Shown: positions 47,593 to 57,372 of the stretch, piece by piece | Layout: every line of letters starts with the position of its first letter | Numbering within the stretch: position 1 is the first letter of the stretch | From: an uncultured Candidatus Binatia bacterium | Lineage (GTDB): Bacteria > Desulfobacterota > Binatia > UBA9968 > JAJDTQ01 | Reading direction: 5' to 3' | Assembly (NCBI GenBank): GCA_965213675.1 | Contig: OZ243916.1 | Location: 2,624,001-2,688,000, forward strand | DNA: 64,000 nt | The notes under the pieces: model-generated | Told to the model about the DNA's origin: nothing | The model's database searches: none | Seen by the model: the letters and a program-made list of their open reading frames with translations, nothing else | Translations under genes and position numbers: made by a program

Positions 47593-48561
47593 ATGGAAAC
47601 CCTGTTCAACAGCCCGGACAAGTTCAAGAACCGCTTCGCCACCGTCGACGGCTACAAGACCCACTACATCGAGGCCGGGGAAGGAAACCCTCAGAAGCTG
47701 CTGCTGGTGCACGGCGGCGCCATCGAGGTGGGCATGGGCTGCTACCGCTGGTACGCCAACATCATCCCGCTGGCAAAAAAATTCCACGTCTTCGCCATCG
47801 ACGAGTTGGGTCACGGCTACACCGACCCGCCGCGTGATCTCGACGACCTGAGCCACATCCGGGTGCGGGCGGACCACGTGTTGAACTTCATCGAGACCCT
47901 CGGTCTTGGCCCCGTCAACATCGCCGGCCAGTCCCAGGGCGGCTGGATCGTCACCTACATCACCCTCCTGCGGCCGGATCTCGTGCGAAAGCTGATCCTC
48001 ATCGACAGCGGCAGCACCGCCGGGCGGCCCGCGGAGGTGGCCTCTCTTCAGGCCACCGACGTGGACGGCGTAGCGGTGTCCGGGGACACCAACGAGCTGC
48101 CCTACCAAAAGGTGTTGTTCGAGCCCGGCACCATGCGCCCGAAGAAGGGGCTGACCGACACCCGGGAAGGCGTGCGCACCTATGCCAGCGCGTTCTTCTA
48201 CGACAAGTCCATGGTGACCGAGGAGTTCCTCGACCACCTGATGGAACTGTCCGGCAGGTGGAGCCAGCTCTACGACGACCACCGGGGCGAGAAATACTGG
48301 GCCAAGACCACCCTGGCCGGCCAGCGCCGGCAACTGGAGATCGACGGCCAGCACATCCGGGAACACGTGCACAAGATCGAGACGTCCACGCTGGTGGTGT
48401 GGGGCAAGAACTCGAACAAGGGCCTCGACATGGGGTACCTGCTCTACAAGCTCTTTCCCAATGCCCAGATGCACATCCTCGACAAGGCCAACCACTTCCT
48501 GTGGCTGGACCAGTGGGAAGATTTCAACGCGCTGGTGGAGTGGTTCATCGAGAAGGAATAG
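47593..48561 (+). CDS. Alpha/beta hydrolase (meta-cleavage-product hydrolase-like), paralogue 1
   Basis: 'LVHGG', 'DELGHG', 'GQSQGG', 'DKANHF'. Confidence 0.85.
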   Translation: METLFNSPDKFKNRFATVDGYKTHYIEAGEGNPQKLLLVHGGAIEVGMGCYRWYANIIPLAKKFHVFAIDELGHGYTDPPRDLDDLSHIRVRADHVLNFIETLGLGPVNIAGQSQGGWIVTYITLLRPDLVRKLILIDSGSTAGRPAEVASLQATDVDGVAVSGDTNELPYQKVLFEPGTMRPKKGLTDTREGVRTYASAFFYDKSMVTEEFLDHLMELSGRWSQLYDDHRGEKYWAKTTLAGQRRQLEIDGQHIREHVHKIETSTLVVWGKNSNKGLDMGYLLYKLFPNAQMHILDKANHFLWLDQWEDFNALVEWFIEKE

Positions 48562-48581
48562 GGGCGACCCGCGGTCGCCCC
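48558..48581. repeat. GTAG-type REP-like palindrome
   Basis: ATAGGGGCGACCCGCGGTCGCCCC. Confidence 0.6.
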
Positions 48582-48624
48582 CTGGTGGAACCACCGTACG
48601 ACCGTTCCCCGAGGAGGTACTCCA

Positions 48625-49611
48625 GTGGACACGCTGTTCAACAGCCCCGAGAAGTACCGGAAGCACGACGAGACCATCGACGGCTACCGCACCCACTTCA
48701 TTGAGGCCGGCGACCCGACCAACGACCGGCTTCTGCTGGTCCACGGCGGCAGCGCCGCCCTGGGCGCGGGCCTCTACCGGTGGTGGCCCACGGTGCTGCC
48801 GCTGGCCGAGAAGCTCCACGTGTTCGCCATCGACGAGCTGGGCCACGGTTTCACCGACCCGCCGCGAGACATTGCCAACCTGGGCCACGTACGCGTGCGC
48901 GCCGAGCACGTCATCCGTTTCATCGAGGAACGGGGGCTGGGGCCCATCAACCTGTGCGGACAATCCCAGGGCGGCTGGATCGTCACCTACATCACTATCA
49001 CCCGCCCGGAGCTGGTGAAGAAGCTCGTATTGGTGGACAGCGGCAGCACCGCGGGGTCCGGCTTCAAGACCGGCGCCAAGAACGACGCGGCAGACGTTCA
49101 GGAGATCGACGGAGAGAAGATCCAGACCGGGGGCGGCGAGCTGCCGTACTTCAAGAAGATCTTCGAGCCCGGCACCATGCTGCCCAAGGAGGGGCTGCTG
49201 GACACCCGCGAAGGCATCCGCATGTACACGGAGACTTTCGCATACGACCCTGGCATGGTCACCGACGAGTACGTGGACTACCTCGAGGAAACCTCCAAGC
49301 GCTGGACGGCCTACTACCTGGAGCACCGGGGCAAGAAGTTCTGGGACAAGAAGGACGTCAAGGGCCATCACGACATGTACTTCTTCGAAGGCAAGCACAT
49401 CCGCGACCACGTCCACCGCATCAAGAACCCGACGCTTTTCATCGCCGGCAAGAACTCGGTCAAGGGCATCGATCCGCAGTACGAGCTTTACAAACGCATG
49501 CCCAACGCGCAGATGCACATCCTGGACAAGGCCAGCCACTTCTGCTGGTGGGACCAAGTGCGGGATTTCAACGACCTGGTGCAGTGGTTCGTTACAAAAG
49601 GGGAGGACTAG
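48625..49611 (+). CDS. Alpha/beta hydrolase, paralogue 2
   Basis: 'GQSQGG', 'DKASHF'; GAGGAGG RBS, GTG start. Confidence 0.85.
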   Translation: MDTLFNSPEKYRKHDETIDGYRTHFIEAGDPTNDRLLLVHGGSAALGAGLYRWWPTVLPLAEKLHVFAIDELGHGFTDPPRDIANLGHVRVRAEHVIRFIEERGLGPINLCGQSQGGWIVTYITITRPELVKKLVLVDSGSTAGSGFKTGAKNDAADVQEIDGEKIQTGGGELPYFKKIFEPGTMLPKEGLLDTREGIRMYTETFAYDPGMVTDEYVDYLEETSKRWTAYYLEHRGKKFWDKKDVKGHHDMYFFEGKHIRDHVHRIKNPTLFIAGKNSVKGIDPQYELYKRMPNAQMHILDKASHFCWWDQVRDFNDLVQWFVTKGED

Positions 49612-49614
49612 TCA

Positions 49615-50604
49615 ATGGAAAGAGCAACCATCTTCAACAGCCCGGACAAGTGGAACAGCCGCTTCGTCACCGCGGACGGCTACAGGACCCACTACATCGA
49701 GGCCGGCGAATCCAACGCGGAACGGGTGCTCATGTGCCACGGCGGCGCCAACGAGATCGGCATGGGCAACTACCGCTGGTATCCGAACATCGTTCCGCTG
49801 GGCGAGCACCTTCACGTCTACGCCGTCGACGAGTTGGGGCACGGCCAGACCGACCCGCCGCGCAACCTGGACGACCTGGGCCACGTGCGCGTGCGCGCGG
49901 AGCACGTCATCAGCTTCATCGAGGCCCTGGAGCTGGCGCCGGTAAATCTCGTCGGCCAGTCCCAAGGCGGCTGGATCGTCACCTACATCACCATCAAACG
50001 GCCTGACCTGGTCAAGAAGCTGATCCTGGTCGACAGCGGCAGCACTGCGGGATCAGGCATCCGCAAGGCGGGCGAGGGGCGGCAAGTCATCGAGGTGGAC
50101 GGCCAGCAGGTGGAGGTGGACGGCAGCGGCGACCTGCCCTACTTCAAGGACGTGTTCGAGCCCGGAACCATGATGCCCAAGGAGGGGCTCACGACCACGC
50201 GGGACGGTCTCCGCAAGTACGTCGGGGCCTTCGTCTACAACAAGGACATGGTCACCGAAGAGTACCTGGACCACCTGATGGAGCTGTCCGCCCGCTGGAA
50301 CGACCTCTACATGGCGCACAAGGGGAAAGAGTACTGGGAGAAGAACGGCATGCAGGGCGCCAGCAAGATGTACTACTTCGACGGCGCCCACATCCGCGAC
50401 CACGTCCACAGGATCAGCGTCCCGACCCTGGTCATGTGGGGCCGCAACTCCAACAAGGGCATCGACCCCGGCTACGATCTCTACAAGAGCATCCCCAACG
50501 CCCAGATGCACATCTTCGACAAGGCCAGCCATTTCATTTGGCTGGACCAGCCCGAGGACTTCAACGACCTGGTGACGTGGTTTCTGGGGAGAGACTCGTC
50601 GTAG
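49615..50604 (+). CDS. Alpha/beta hydrolase, paralogue 3
   Basis: 'GQSQGG', 'DKASHF'. Confidence 0.85.
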   Translation: MERATIFNSPDKWNSRFVTADGYRTHYIEAGESNAERVLMCHGGANEIGMGNYRWYPNIVPLGEHLHVYAVDELGHGQTDPPRNLDDLGHVRVRAEHVISFIEALELAPVNLVGQSQGGWIVTYITIKRPDLVKKLILVDSGSTAGSGIRKAGEGRQVIEVDGQQVEVDGSGDLPYFKDVFEPGTMMPKEGLTTTRDGLRKYVGAFVYNKDMVTEEYLDHLMELSARWNDLYMAHKGKEYWEKNGMQGASKMYYFDGAHIRDHVHRISVPTLVMWGRNSNKGIDPGYDLYKSIPNAQMHIFDKASHFIWLDQPEDFNDLVTWFLGRDSS

Positions 50605-50816
50605 TTCTTTAAGTAGATGATATATAAGAATTATTTACGAAACTGCTCGCTGCCCTACCCACGCTCTTGCCCACGCCCCAATCGCTCCATCCGCCACCGC
50701 CGGCGCGCCCATGCGTCACCGGCGACCTCAGACCCCGCTACTCTGCCATCAACTTCATGGGCTGGCTGCCTGGACGTGTTAGACCCGCCTTTGCAGCGCG
50801 CCGGACAGGACGTCTA

Positions 50817-51089
50817 TTACGTTGGGAACCAGCGTCGAAGTTCGTCGGGTCGGTTGCTTGCGGCCAGCATGATGACGACCGGGAGCGGCAGATCGTCCTG
50901 GTTCTGCTGATGCGCGAACCCACGGTCTACGGTGAGCAACGCATCGAATCCGCTATCCGCCGCGAGGCCGAGGAGGGTGCCGTTTCCGGTGCCGGCCCAT
51001 CCCATCTGAGGGACAGTTCGAACCTCGAAAGTGGCTGGAAAGGACATCCGTAGGGGCCGGGGCACCGACTCGTCAAGCAGCAGCCTCAT
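50817..51089 (-). CDS. DUF5615 PIN-like toxin, possibly C-terminally shortened
   Basis: 'MRLLLDESVP...TV..MGW.G..NG.LL..A....FD.LLT.D....QQN'. Confidence 0.75.
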   Translation of the reverse strand: MRLLLDESVPRPLRMSFPATFEVRTVPQMGWAGTGNGTLLGLAADSGFDALLTVDRGFAHQQNQDDLPLPVVIMLAASNRPDELRRWFPT

Positions 51090-51297
51090 CCTGCTCGCCG
51101 ACCAGAATCATCCTGGCTTTTTCCAGCACCGCGACAGCTTGATCCCGGGACACCGAAGGGAAGTCCTGAAGAAAGTCGTCGAGCCGGTCACCCGCTTCGA
51201 GGTACTCCATGAGTATGCGCACCGGAACCCTCGTGCGGGCGAACACCGGGGTGCCTCCGAGGATGTCGGGATTTCTGTTTATCGGTTCATCGTTCAT
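51073..51297 (-). CDS. DUF433 antitoxin
   Basis: 'RNPDILGGTPVF..TRVPV..L...LEAG.....FL.DFPSV'. Confidence 0.88.
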   Translation of the reverse strand: MNDEPINRNPDILGGTPVFARTRVPVRILMEYLEAGDRLDDFLQDFPSVSRDQAVAVLEKARMILVGEQDEAAA

Positions 51298-52030
51298 GGT
51301 TACCACATCGCGGGTACGGCGTTCGGCTTCTCCTGCCTGACAGGCTGGTGTGGTGTCTGGTTGATTCGCGTCATAATCTGCGGGTCTTTTTCGCCGTCGG
51401 CTGCGTTGCTCTTCCTCGCGTGGTAACCGCCACTGCTCGTCATCGCGCCTTGCCGACAACAAAATATCCTCCGCAGATTATGACGCGAATCAACCAGACA
51501 CCACACTAGTCGTTGGGCCAAGAAATGCAACCTGCCGGCGGGGTCGAGCGCTCCCTTGAGCTGGGACGGGGACACCCGGGACTTTCTGCGGGGCTTCATG
51601 CGCACGAGCTCCGGCGTTCCCTCGTCGAAGCCAAGCTCCACCAGACGCTTCTTTCTCCAGCGCTTGCTTCGGTAACCCACCCGCACTGGCACCACCTCCC
51701 CCGAAAGAAGCGTGCCGCGGGAATACGCCGTGGTCTTGAAACGCGTGAGGCCTTCAACGCGCCGGTGGTCTTCAAGCTCGCCCGCACGGGATACGCCGTC
51801 GTATCGAGATCATGCGCGGCGGCACTCGAGATGAAAAAAACACCCGCGAGCGCGCTCAGCCACAAATTCCGCAACGCCGTCCGTGCTGATCGCCCTGCTC
51901 CGGAACTCGTCGGGTCCATGGGCCTGGTAAACCAAGCCGCCAGGGGGTAGGGCGACCCGGGGCGAGTGCGGCGCCTCCATCCGGCGGCAAGGGTTGGGTG
52001 CGTGGGGGACTTTGTCTGGAGACGGGCCGG

Positions 52031-53254
52031 TTAGAGCAACAGGCGGTCCTCGTATTCGACCCGGGACAGCACATGCGGCTCGTCTTCGGTGACCAGCACC
52101 ATGTCCTCGATGCGTACGCCGCCGCCGCCTCTCACGTCCGGGACCCACACCAGCGGCTCCACGGCGAAGACCATGTTGGGCTGGAGCTCGAACACGGTGG
52201 CGCCCGGCAGGGTCTCGCCGATGTAGGGCGGCTCGTTGGCGCCCATGCCGATGCCGTGGCCGATGAACAGGCTGAACAGGTGCTCGGCCAGACCGTAGCG
52301 ATCGATGCGGGCGACGATGGCGTCGGACACATCCTTGTTGGTGTTGCCCGGGCGCATCCGAGCGATGCCCGCCATGAGCCCCTCGTATACGGCGGTGTAT
52401 ATCTCCTTCTGACGGCGGGTAGGCTTGCCGACAATGGTGGTGCGGCCGATGTCGGCGAAGTAGCCGTTCCACATGGCGCCGATGTCGATGAAGCAGAGGT
52501 CGCCGTTGCGCATGATCTTGTCGGTGCAGATGCGGTGGGGCGGCGACATGTGCTCGCCCGAGGCCACGTACGGGGTGATCACGTGGGCCATCTCCCCGCC
52601 CAGGTGGAACAGCGTCTGCATGGCGTCGCCGGCCACCTCGCATTCGCGCCGCCCGGCGCGGGTCTCGTCCAGCGCGCGCTGGGTGACGCTATCGCCCAGC
52701 GCGCAGGACTCCTCGATGACCGCGATCTCCTCGTCCAGCTTGACCCAGCGCGCCCGCTGCATGACCACGTCGCCGTCCACCGGCTCGATCTCGGGGAGAT
52801 GATTCCGTAACGATTCGATGAGGCACAACGGCGCCTGATCGATGCCGAGGCGGCCGCCTGAGAGCTTGAGGTCGCTCAGGAGGGGCTTGAGGACGGAAGT
52901 GACGAACCCGTCCGTGAGCTCCCGCTGTTCCATGATGGGGATGGTGTGGACGCTCGACAGCCAGGGCATGCCGAATAGGGCCTTGTCGTGCTCGCCGCCG
53001 GAACACAGCAGGATCGGCTCCTCGCCCTTGGCCAGCAGCACGCCGTTGAGGGCGGTGGTCTTGCCGGTAATGAGCTGGGCCCTCAGGCTGGTGAGGTAGC
53101 GGACGTTCTCGTCCTTCCACAGCAGCAGCGCCGGGAGATCGGAATGCGCCAGCTCCCGCTGGGCCTTCTCGACGCGCATCCGCCGCAGCGCCGGAAAGTC
53201 GTAGCGGTCCTCCCAATCGACGTTGAAGGTTCCGCGTGCGTATCGGGTGAGCAT
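52031..53254 (-). CDS. M24 Xaa-Pro peptidase / creatinase-fold protein
   Basis: 'FIDIG...YFADIGRT', 'GHGIG', 'AVEP', 'GVRIEDMV'; ATG 53254. Confidence 0.88.
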   Translation of the reverse strand: MLTRYARGTFNVDWEDRYDFPALRRMRVEKAQRELAHSDLPALLLWKDENVRYLTSLRAQLITGKTTALNGVLLAKGEEPILLCSGGEHDKALFGMPWLSSVHTIPIMEQRELTDGFVTSVLKPLLSDLKLSGGRLGIDQAPLCLIESLRNHLPEIEPVDGDVVMQRARWVKLDEEIAVIEESCALGDSVTQRALDETRAGRRECEVAGDAMQTLFHLGGEMAHVITPYVASGEHMSPPHRICTDKIMRNGDLCFIDIGAMWNGYFADIGRTTIVGKPTRRQKEIYTAVYEGLMAGIARMRPGNTNKDVSDAIVARIDRYGLAEHLFSLFIGHGIGMGANEPPYIGETLPGATVFELQPNMVFAVEPLVWVPDVRGGGGVRIEDMVLVTEDEPHVLSRVEYEDRLLL

Positions 53255-53292
53255 GGGACGTCGGGGAAGGGCGACGGCGCCGGGCCTCCGCG

Positions 53293-54441
53293 TCAGCCCG
53301 CGGGGCCGGACACGCCGTACAGGCGGGCGCAGTTGTCCCACAGGATCTTCCTGCGCGAGCCATCGGTGACGTCGTCGATGGCCAGGAACGTGTTCATGGC
53401 GTTGGGCCAGTGGGCGTCGTCGTGGGGATAGTCCGTGGAGATCACGAGGTTGTCGTCTCCCACCCGGCTGATGACGTCGGTCACGAGACTCTCGTCCGGA
53501 TCCACGGACACGAAGCACTGCCGCATGAAGTAGTCGCTGGGCCTTTGGCTCAGGGGCTCGTCGAGCTGGTCCTTGCGGTCGTGCCAGCGCTCGTCCATGC
53601 GGTACAGCAGCCACGGCAGCCAACTGCAGTTGCCCTCCAGAAACACCGCCCGCAAGGCCGGGAAGCGCTCCAGCACCCCGCCGCCGCAGAAACTGCCGAT
53701 GGCCATCATCAACTCCACCGCCTTGCTGTAGGTGCTGACCAGAAAACCGTCGTTGGGGTGCCCCACGAAACGAAGCGCCGCGTGCTCCTGCCTCGGGAAC
53801 CCCGCGGGGTGGAAGCAGATGGGCACTCCCGTCCGCTCCGCCTGGGCCCACAGCGGGTCGAAATAGTGGTCGTGGATGTGATTGCCGTTGACCGGCTCCG
53901 GGACGAGGCACAGTCCGGCGGCCCCCAGTTCCGTCACTGCGCGCCGTGCCTCCTCTACCGCCAGGTCCACGTCGTGCAGCGTGATCAGCGCCGCGAACTT
54001 CATCCGCGCCGGGTCCTCCTTGCAGAAGTCGAAGATCCAGTCGTTCCAGGCCCGGCACAGCGCCATGGCGTATTCCGCCTCCAGGCCGTCGTCGCAGTGA
54101 AGCGGGAATGTGCGAAACAGGACCGCCACGTCCAGGCCTTCCACGTCCATGGCGTCGAGTTGCGAAACCGCGTCGTAGTCCCGTGCCATGGAGTTCCGGT
54201 AGTGGGGCGCAACCTTCTCGAACCGCTGTTCCTGGGCGTTCCGCGGCGAGCGGAGTTTGCCGCCGCCGGGACGCACCGGGGTGCCGTCGGCGAAGGTGAA
54301 GCGGATCTGCCCGTGACGCTTGCGCGGCTCGCCCCGTGGTATGCGATCGCCCCACTTGGGGGCCATGTACTTGAGATACAGGTCGTGGGGCTCGAAAACG
54401 TGCATGTCACTGTCGAGGACTCTGAAGCCGTTCTTCGTCAT
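53293..54441 (-). CDS. Amidohydrolase_2 family protein
   Basis: 'LDSDMH', 'ICFHP', 'FLEGNCSW', 'STDYPHDD'. Confidence 0.9.
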   Translation of the reverse strand: MTKNGFRVLDSDMHVFEPHDLYLKYMAPKWGDRIPRGEPRKRHGQIRFTFADGTPVRPGGGKLRSPRNAQEQRFEKVAPHYRNSMARDYDAVSQLDAMDVEGLDVAVLFRTFPLHCDDGLEAEYAMALCRAWNDWIFDFCKEDPARMKFAALITLHDVDLAVEEARRAVTELGAAGLCLVPEPVNGNHIHDHYFDPLWAQAERTGVPICFHPAGFPRQEHAALRFVGHPNDGFLVSTYSKAVELMMAIGSFCGGGVLERFPALRAVFLEGNCSWLPWLLYRMDERWHDRKDQLDEPLSQRPSDYFMRQCFVSVDPDESLVTDVISRVGDDNLVISTDYPHDDAHWPNAMNTFLAIDDVTDGSRRKILWDNCARLYGVSGPAG

Positions 54442-54463
54442 AGCGTGGGTCCTCGTGGGTGGC

Positions 54464-54493
54464 GTCCTTCGACTGCGCTACGCTCAGGACGCA
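54464..54493. repeat. 30-bp REP-like element, copy 1
   Basis: GTCCTTCGACTGCGCTACGCTCAGGACGCA. Confidence 0.65.
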
Positions 54494-54508
54494 AGTTACG
54501 ACAGGCTC

Positions 54509-55567
54509 CTAGTCTCCGAGTTCCGCCCACCGGCCGGCGCCGCCGAACCGCACGGCGTCCATGATCTGCTGACAGCGGTATGCGTCCTCGAAGTTGGGGG
54601 TGGGCGAGGTGCCCTCCTCGATGCCGCGCCGGAACCGGCGGGCCAGCACGCAAAAAGCCCCCAGGCGCGCATCCCGCTCGTCCAGCGCCACATGGAAACG
54701 TTCGGGCACGGGCAACTCCCGCAGCTCCTTGTCGTCGGCATGCCGCGCGCCGAAGACGGTGCCGTCGGGCGGCGGATTGGGGCCTGCGTGGGACAGGCTC
54801 AGGCTCCCCTCCGTGCCGTGAATCTCCATTCGCACCTTGGATCCCAGGGGCGCGGTGAAGTCGGCGGCCAGCGACGCCCAGCCGCCCTTCGCAAAATTCA
54901 TGAGAAGGCCGAAGGCGTCGTCGGAAGTATCGGCGCCGTGGGCGCCGTTCGCCGGCGTGAACACCCGGCCGCTGACGCTGGCGACGTCTCCGAACCAGTC
55001 CCGCAGACAATCGATATAGTGGGAGCCCAGACCGCCCAGCTGCCCGCCGCCGTAGGAATACTGTTGGCGCCAGTCGAAACCGGGCCGGCCACCGGGCGGA
55101 CCGCCCCTCATGAACAGGGTCACGGACGCGCTCTGGAAGTCGCCGATGTAGCCTTGCTCCAGCAATTCCTTGACATACGCGCGGGCCGGCGCGAAGCGGA
55201 ACTCGTGGGCGACCATGGCGGTCAGTTTGGTGCCGCGGGACTTGTCCAGCATGGCCTTGGCCTCCGCCTCGTCCATGGCGAACGGCTTCTCACACAGCAC
55301 GTGCTTGCCCGCGTCCAACGCCGCCGCGGCCATCTCGTGGTGGAGGTTGGGAGGGGTCACGATGCTCACCGCGTCGAGGTCCGGCTGCTCGAGCATCTCA
55401 CGGTAGTCCGTGTACGGGTGCGGTATGCCCAGGCTCGCCGCCGCCTCCCGGGCCCGCTCCTCCCTCCGGGAACAGATGGCCGCTACCTCGAAGCCCTCCG
55501 CCTGGAACGCCGGGGCCTGCACCTTCGCACCAAATCCCACGCCGATGACGCCGATGCGAATCACCAT
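54509..55567 (-). CDS. Gfo/Idh/MocA oxidoreductase
   Basis: 'IGVIGVGFG', 'GKHVLCEKP', 'GSHYID'. Confidence 0.92.
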   Translation of the reverse strand: MVIRIGVIGVGFGAKVQAPAFQAEGFEVAAICSRREERAREAAASLGIPHPYTDYREMLEQPDLDAVSIVTPPNLHHEMAAAALDAGKHVLCEKPFAMDEAEAKAMLDKSRGTKLTAMVAHEFRFAPARAYVKELLEQGYIGDFQSASVTLFMRGGPPGGRPGFDWRQQYSYGGGQLGGLGSHYIDCLRDWFGDVASVSGRVFTPANGAHGADTSDDAFGLLMNFAKGGWASLAADFTAPLGSKVRMEIHGTEGSLSLSHAGPNPPPDGTVFGARHADDKELRELPVPERFHVALDERDARLGAFCVLARRFRRGIEEGTSPTPNFEDAYRCQQIMDAVRFGGAGRWAELGD

Positions 55568-55583
55568 GAATCTCCCGTAAGCG

Positions 55584-55613
55584 GTCCTTCGATTTCGCTT
55601 CGCTCAGGACGCA
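55584..55613. repeat. 30-bp REP-like element, copy 2 (27/30 identical, direct orientation)
   Basis: GTCCTTCGATTTCGCTTCGCTCAGGACGCA. Confidence 0.65.
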
Positions 55614-55622
55614 TTTCTTCTC

Positions 55623-57107
55623 TCAAATATCCGATTTCAACGACAGGCCGTCCGCCACCGCGTTCTCGCATGCGGTCCCGGCGAAGAACCCGGGGTTCAT
55701 ATCGGTATAGAACCGGGCCGCGTTGGTGAACGCGAAATCGCGAAAGTCGTCTTCGTTGAGCAGTCCCCGCTCTACAAGCTCGTAAGCCTCCGGCACCACC
55801 TCGCGCATGTCGGCCACGTCCCAGTGGCCCAGATCCGAGCTCATCATGGCGTTCAACCGGGCGCCGAAGGGATTGGTCCGCGAGTTGAAGGCCCAAACCA
55901 CCGTCGGGTCGTCGGCCTCGCACCCGAAATAGAAATGCGGCACGAACAGGTCTCGAATGTCACGGGGCTCCTCGATCTCGCACCGGGCCCAATCGTCGAG
56001 GTTGTCCGGGTGCCTCAACTCATGCGCTTTACGGTAATTTCCGATGGCCGACGCGTCGGTCCCTTCGAAGAACCTGCGGATGTCCTCCAGCCGGTCCTTG
56101 ACCCGGTCACTGCCGTACTCCCCCACCAGCCGCAACAGTTCTTCCTGATCGAGATTCTCCGGGTTGAGGTTCTGGATGCCCTTGGGGCCCCGTTTCTCCC
56201 AGTGGCCGATCAGGTCCGCGTACAACACGCAGGCCCAGCCGACGCCGCATTCGAGAAAACCCAGCCGGATGCCGGGGAAGCGCCGGGTCACGCCACCCAT
56301 GAACAGCGACTTGCAGATGGCCTCGTTGGCCGCGGCGAAGTGGCCGATATGGTTGTAGGCGTAGTTGGAGATGGACTGGCGGGTGCCGATGCCCTGGGAA
56401 CCGGCGTGGGACGTGGGCACCGCCTTCAACTCGACGCACTTGGCCCACACCGGGTCGTAGTCGTACTCGCTGTCCAGCCCGAAGGTATCCAGGCGGTAGG
56501 CATACGGCGCCAGCTCCGGCCCGGCGCCCTGGGCCTTCGGAATGGGGCGGCGCTGATGCGTGAACACGATGACCTTCAGACCCAACTCGTTGACCGCGTA
56601 CTCCATCTCCTCAATGGCCTCGCGGGGATTCACGAACGGGATCACCGCGGCCGGGGTGATGCGGTCCGCGCAATCGCGGTAGATCTCCGCGTGGAACGTG
56701 TTGAGCGCCCGGCACGATACCCTCCGGAGCTCCTCGTCGCGGAATACCGGCGGCCCGCCCATGCCCTCGGTGGGATACAGCACCGCGTAGTCGAGCCCCA
56801 GCTCTTCCATCCTTTCGTGGAGCAAACGCGGCAGCGAGGCGGTGGCGCGGTCCAGGGTCCGCGTCGGCCGGGCCCACCACGGCGGACAGCGCGTCCAATC
56901 GTGGCGCCGCTCGCTTTCGGACATGTCGTGCCAGCGGTTGGTTCCCCGGGCCGCGGTGGCCTTCACGTAGCGCTCGACGATATCCGGGCCGCCCGCCTGC
57001 TTGAGATAGTCGAGATAGACCGGCGTGAGCTCCACCGTATGCCCGTCCGAGTCGATGATCGGGTGACCGAGGCGTGCGCGAATCTTTTCTGACGTTGAAG
57101 CCAGCAT
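55623..57107 (-). CDS. Long-type amidohydrolase_2 family protein
   Basis: 'IIDSDGH', 'FLECGVGW', 'FGCEADD', 'SSDLGHWD'; ATG 57107. Confidence 0.88.
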   Translation of the reverse strand: MLASTSEKIRARLGHPIIDSDGHTVELTPVYLDYLKQAGGPDIVERYVKATAARGTNRWHDMSESERRHDWTRCPPWWARPTRTLDRATASLPRLLHERMEELGLDYAVLYPTEGMGGPPVFRDEELRRVSCRALNTFHAEIYRDCADRITPAAVIPFVNPREAIEEMEYAVNELGLKVIVFTHQRRPIPKAQGAGPELAPYAYRLDTFGLDSEYDYDPVWAKCVELKAVPTSHAGSQGIGTRQSISNYAYNHIGHFAAANEAICKSLFMGGVTRRFPGIRLGFLECGVGWACVLYADLIGHWEKRGPKGIQNLNPENLDQEELLRLVGEYGSDRVKDRLEDIRRFFEGTDASAIGNYRKAHELRHPDNLDDWARCEIEEPRDIRDLFVPHFYFGCEADDPTVVWAFNSRTNPFGARLNAMMSSDLGHWDVADMREVVPEAYELVERGLLNEDDFRDFAFTNAARFYTDMNPGFFAGTACENAVADGLSLKSDI

Positions 57108-57137
57108 GGGACGCCATGTTATCCCAACACCGTCAAT

Positions 57138-57171
57138 AGTCAACATGTACCGGGAGTCAACATGTACCGGG
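57138..57171. repeat. Perfect 17-bp tandem duplication in a promoter region
   Basis: AGTCAACATGTACCGGG x2. Confidence 0.85.
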
Positions 57172-57372
57172 TGACCACCTCCTGCATCTTGGAGTCGACA
57201 GTGCTTTTCAGACAGTCTGACGATGAGTCCATCGCTTGGCGGGAGAAGACACGAGGGAAGGAGGTTCCATGAAACGTTGGATTGCATTCTGATGGCGTTG
57301 CTGGTGTCGCCTTTGCCGCACACGCCGCCGATACGTCTATTCTATTGGCTCGCCACGGCAGAACCGGCCACG

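Noticed and set aside
51300-52030. Short ORFs including a signal-peptide-like stretch (51596-51919)
   Set aside because: Fragmentary with no family motif; not supportable as a gene.
52031-54355. 774-aa ORF suggesting an M24 fusion protein
   Set aside because: The upstream part is an alternative frame of the amidohydrolase gene; the peptidase starts at 53254.
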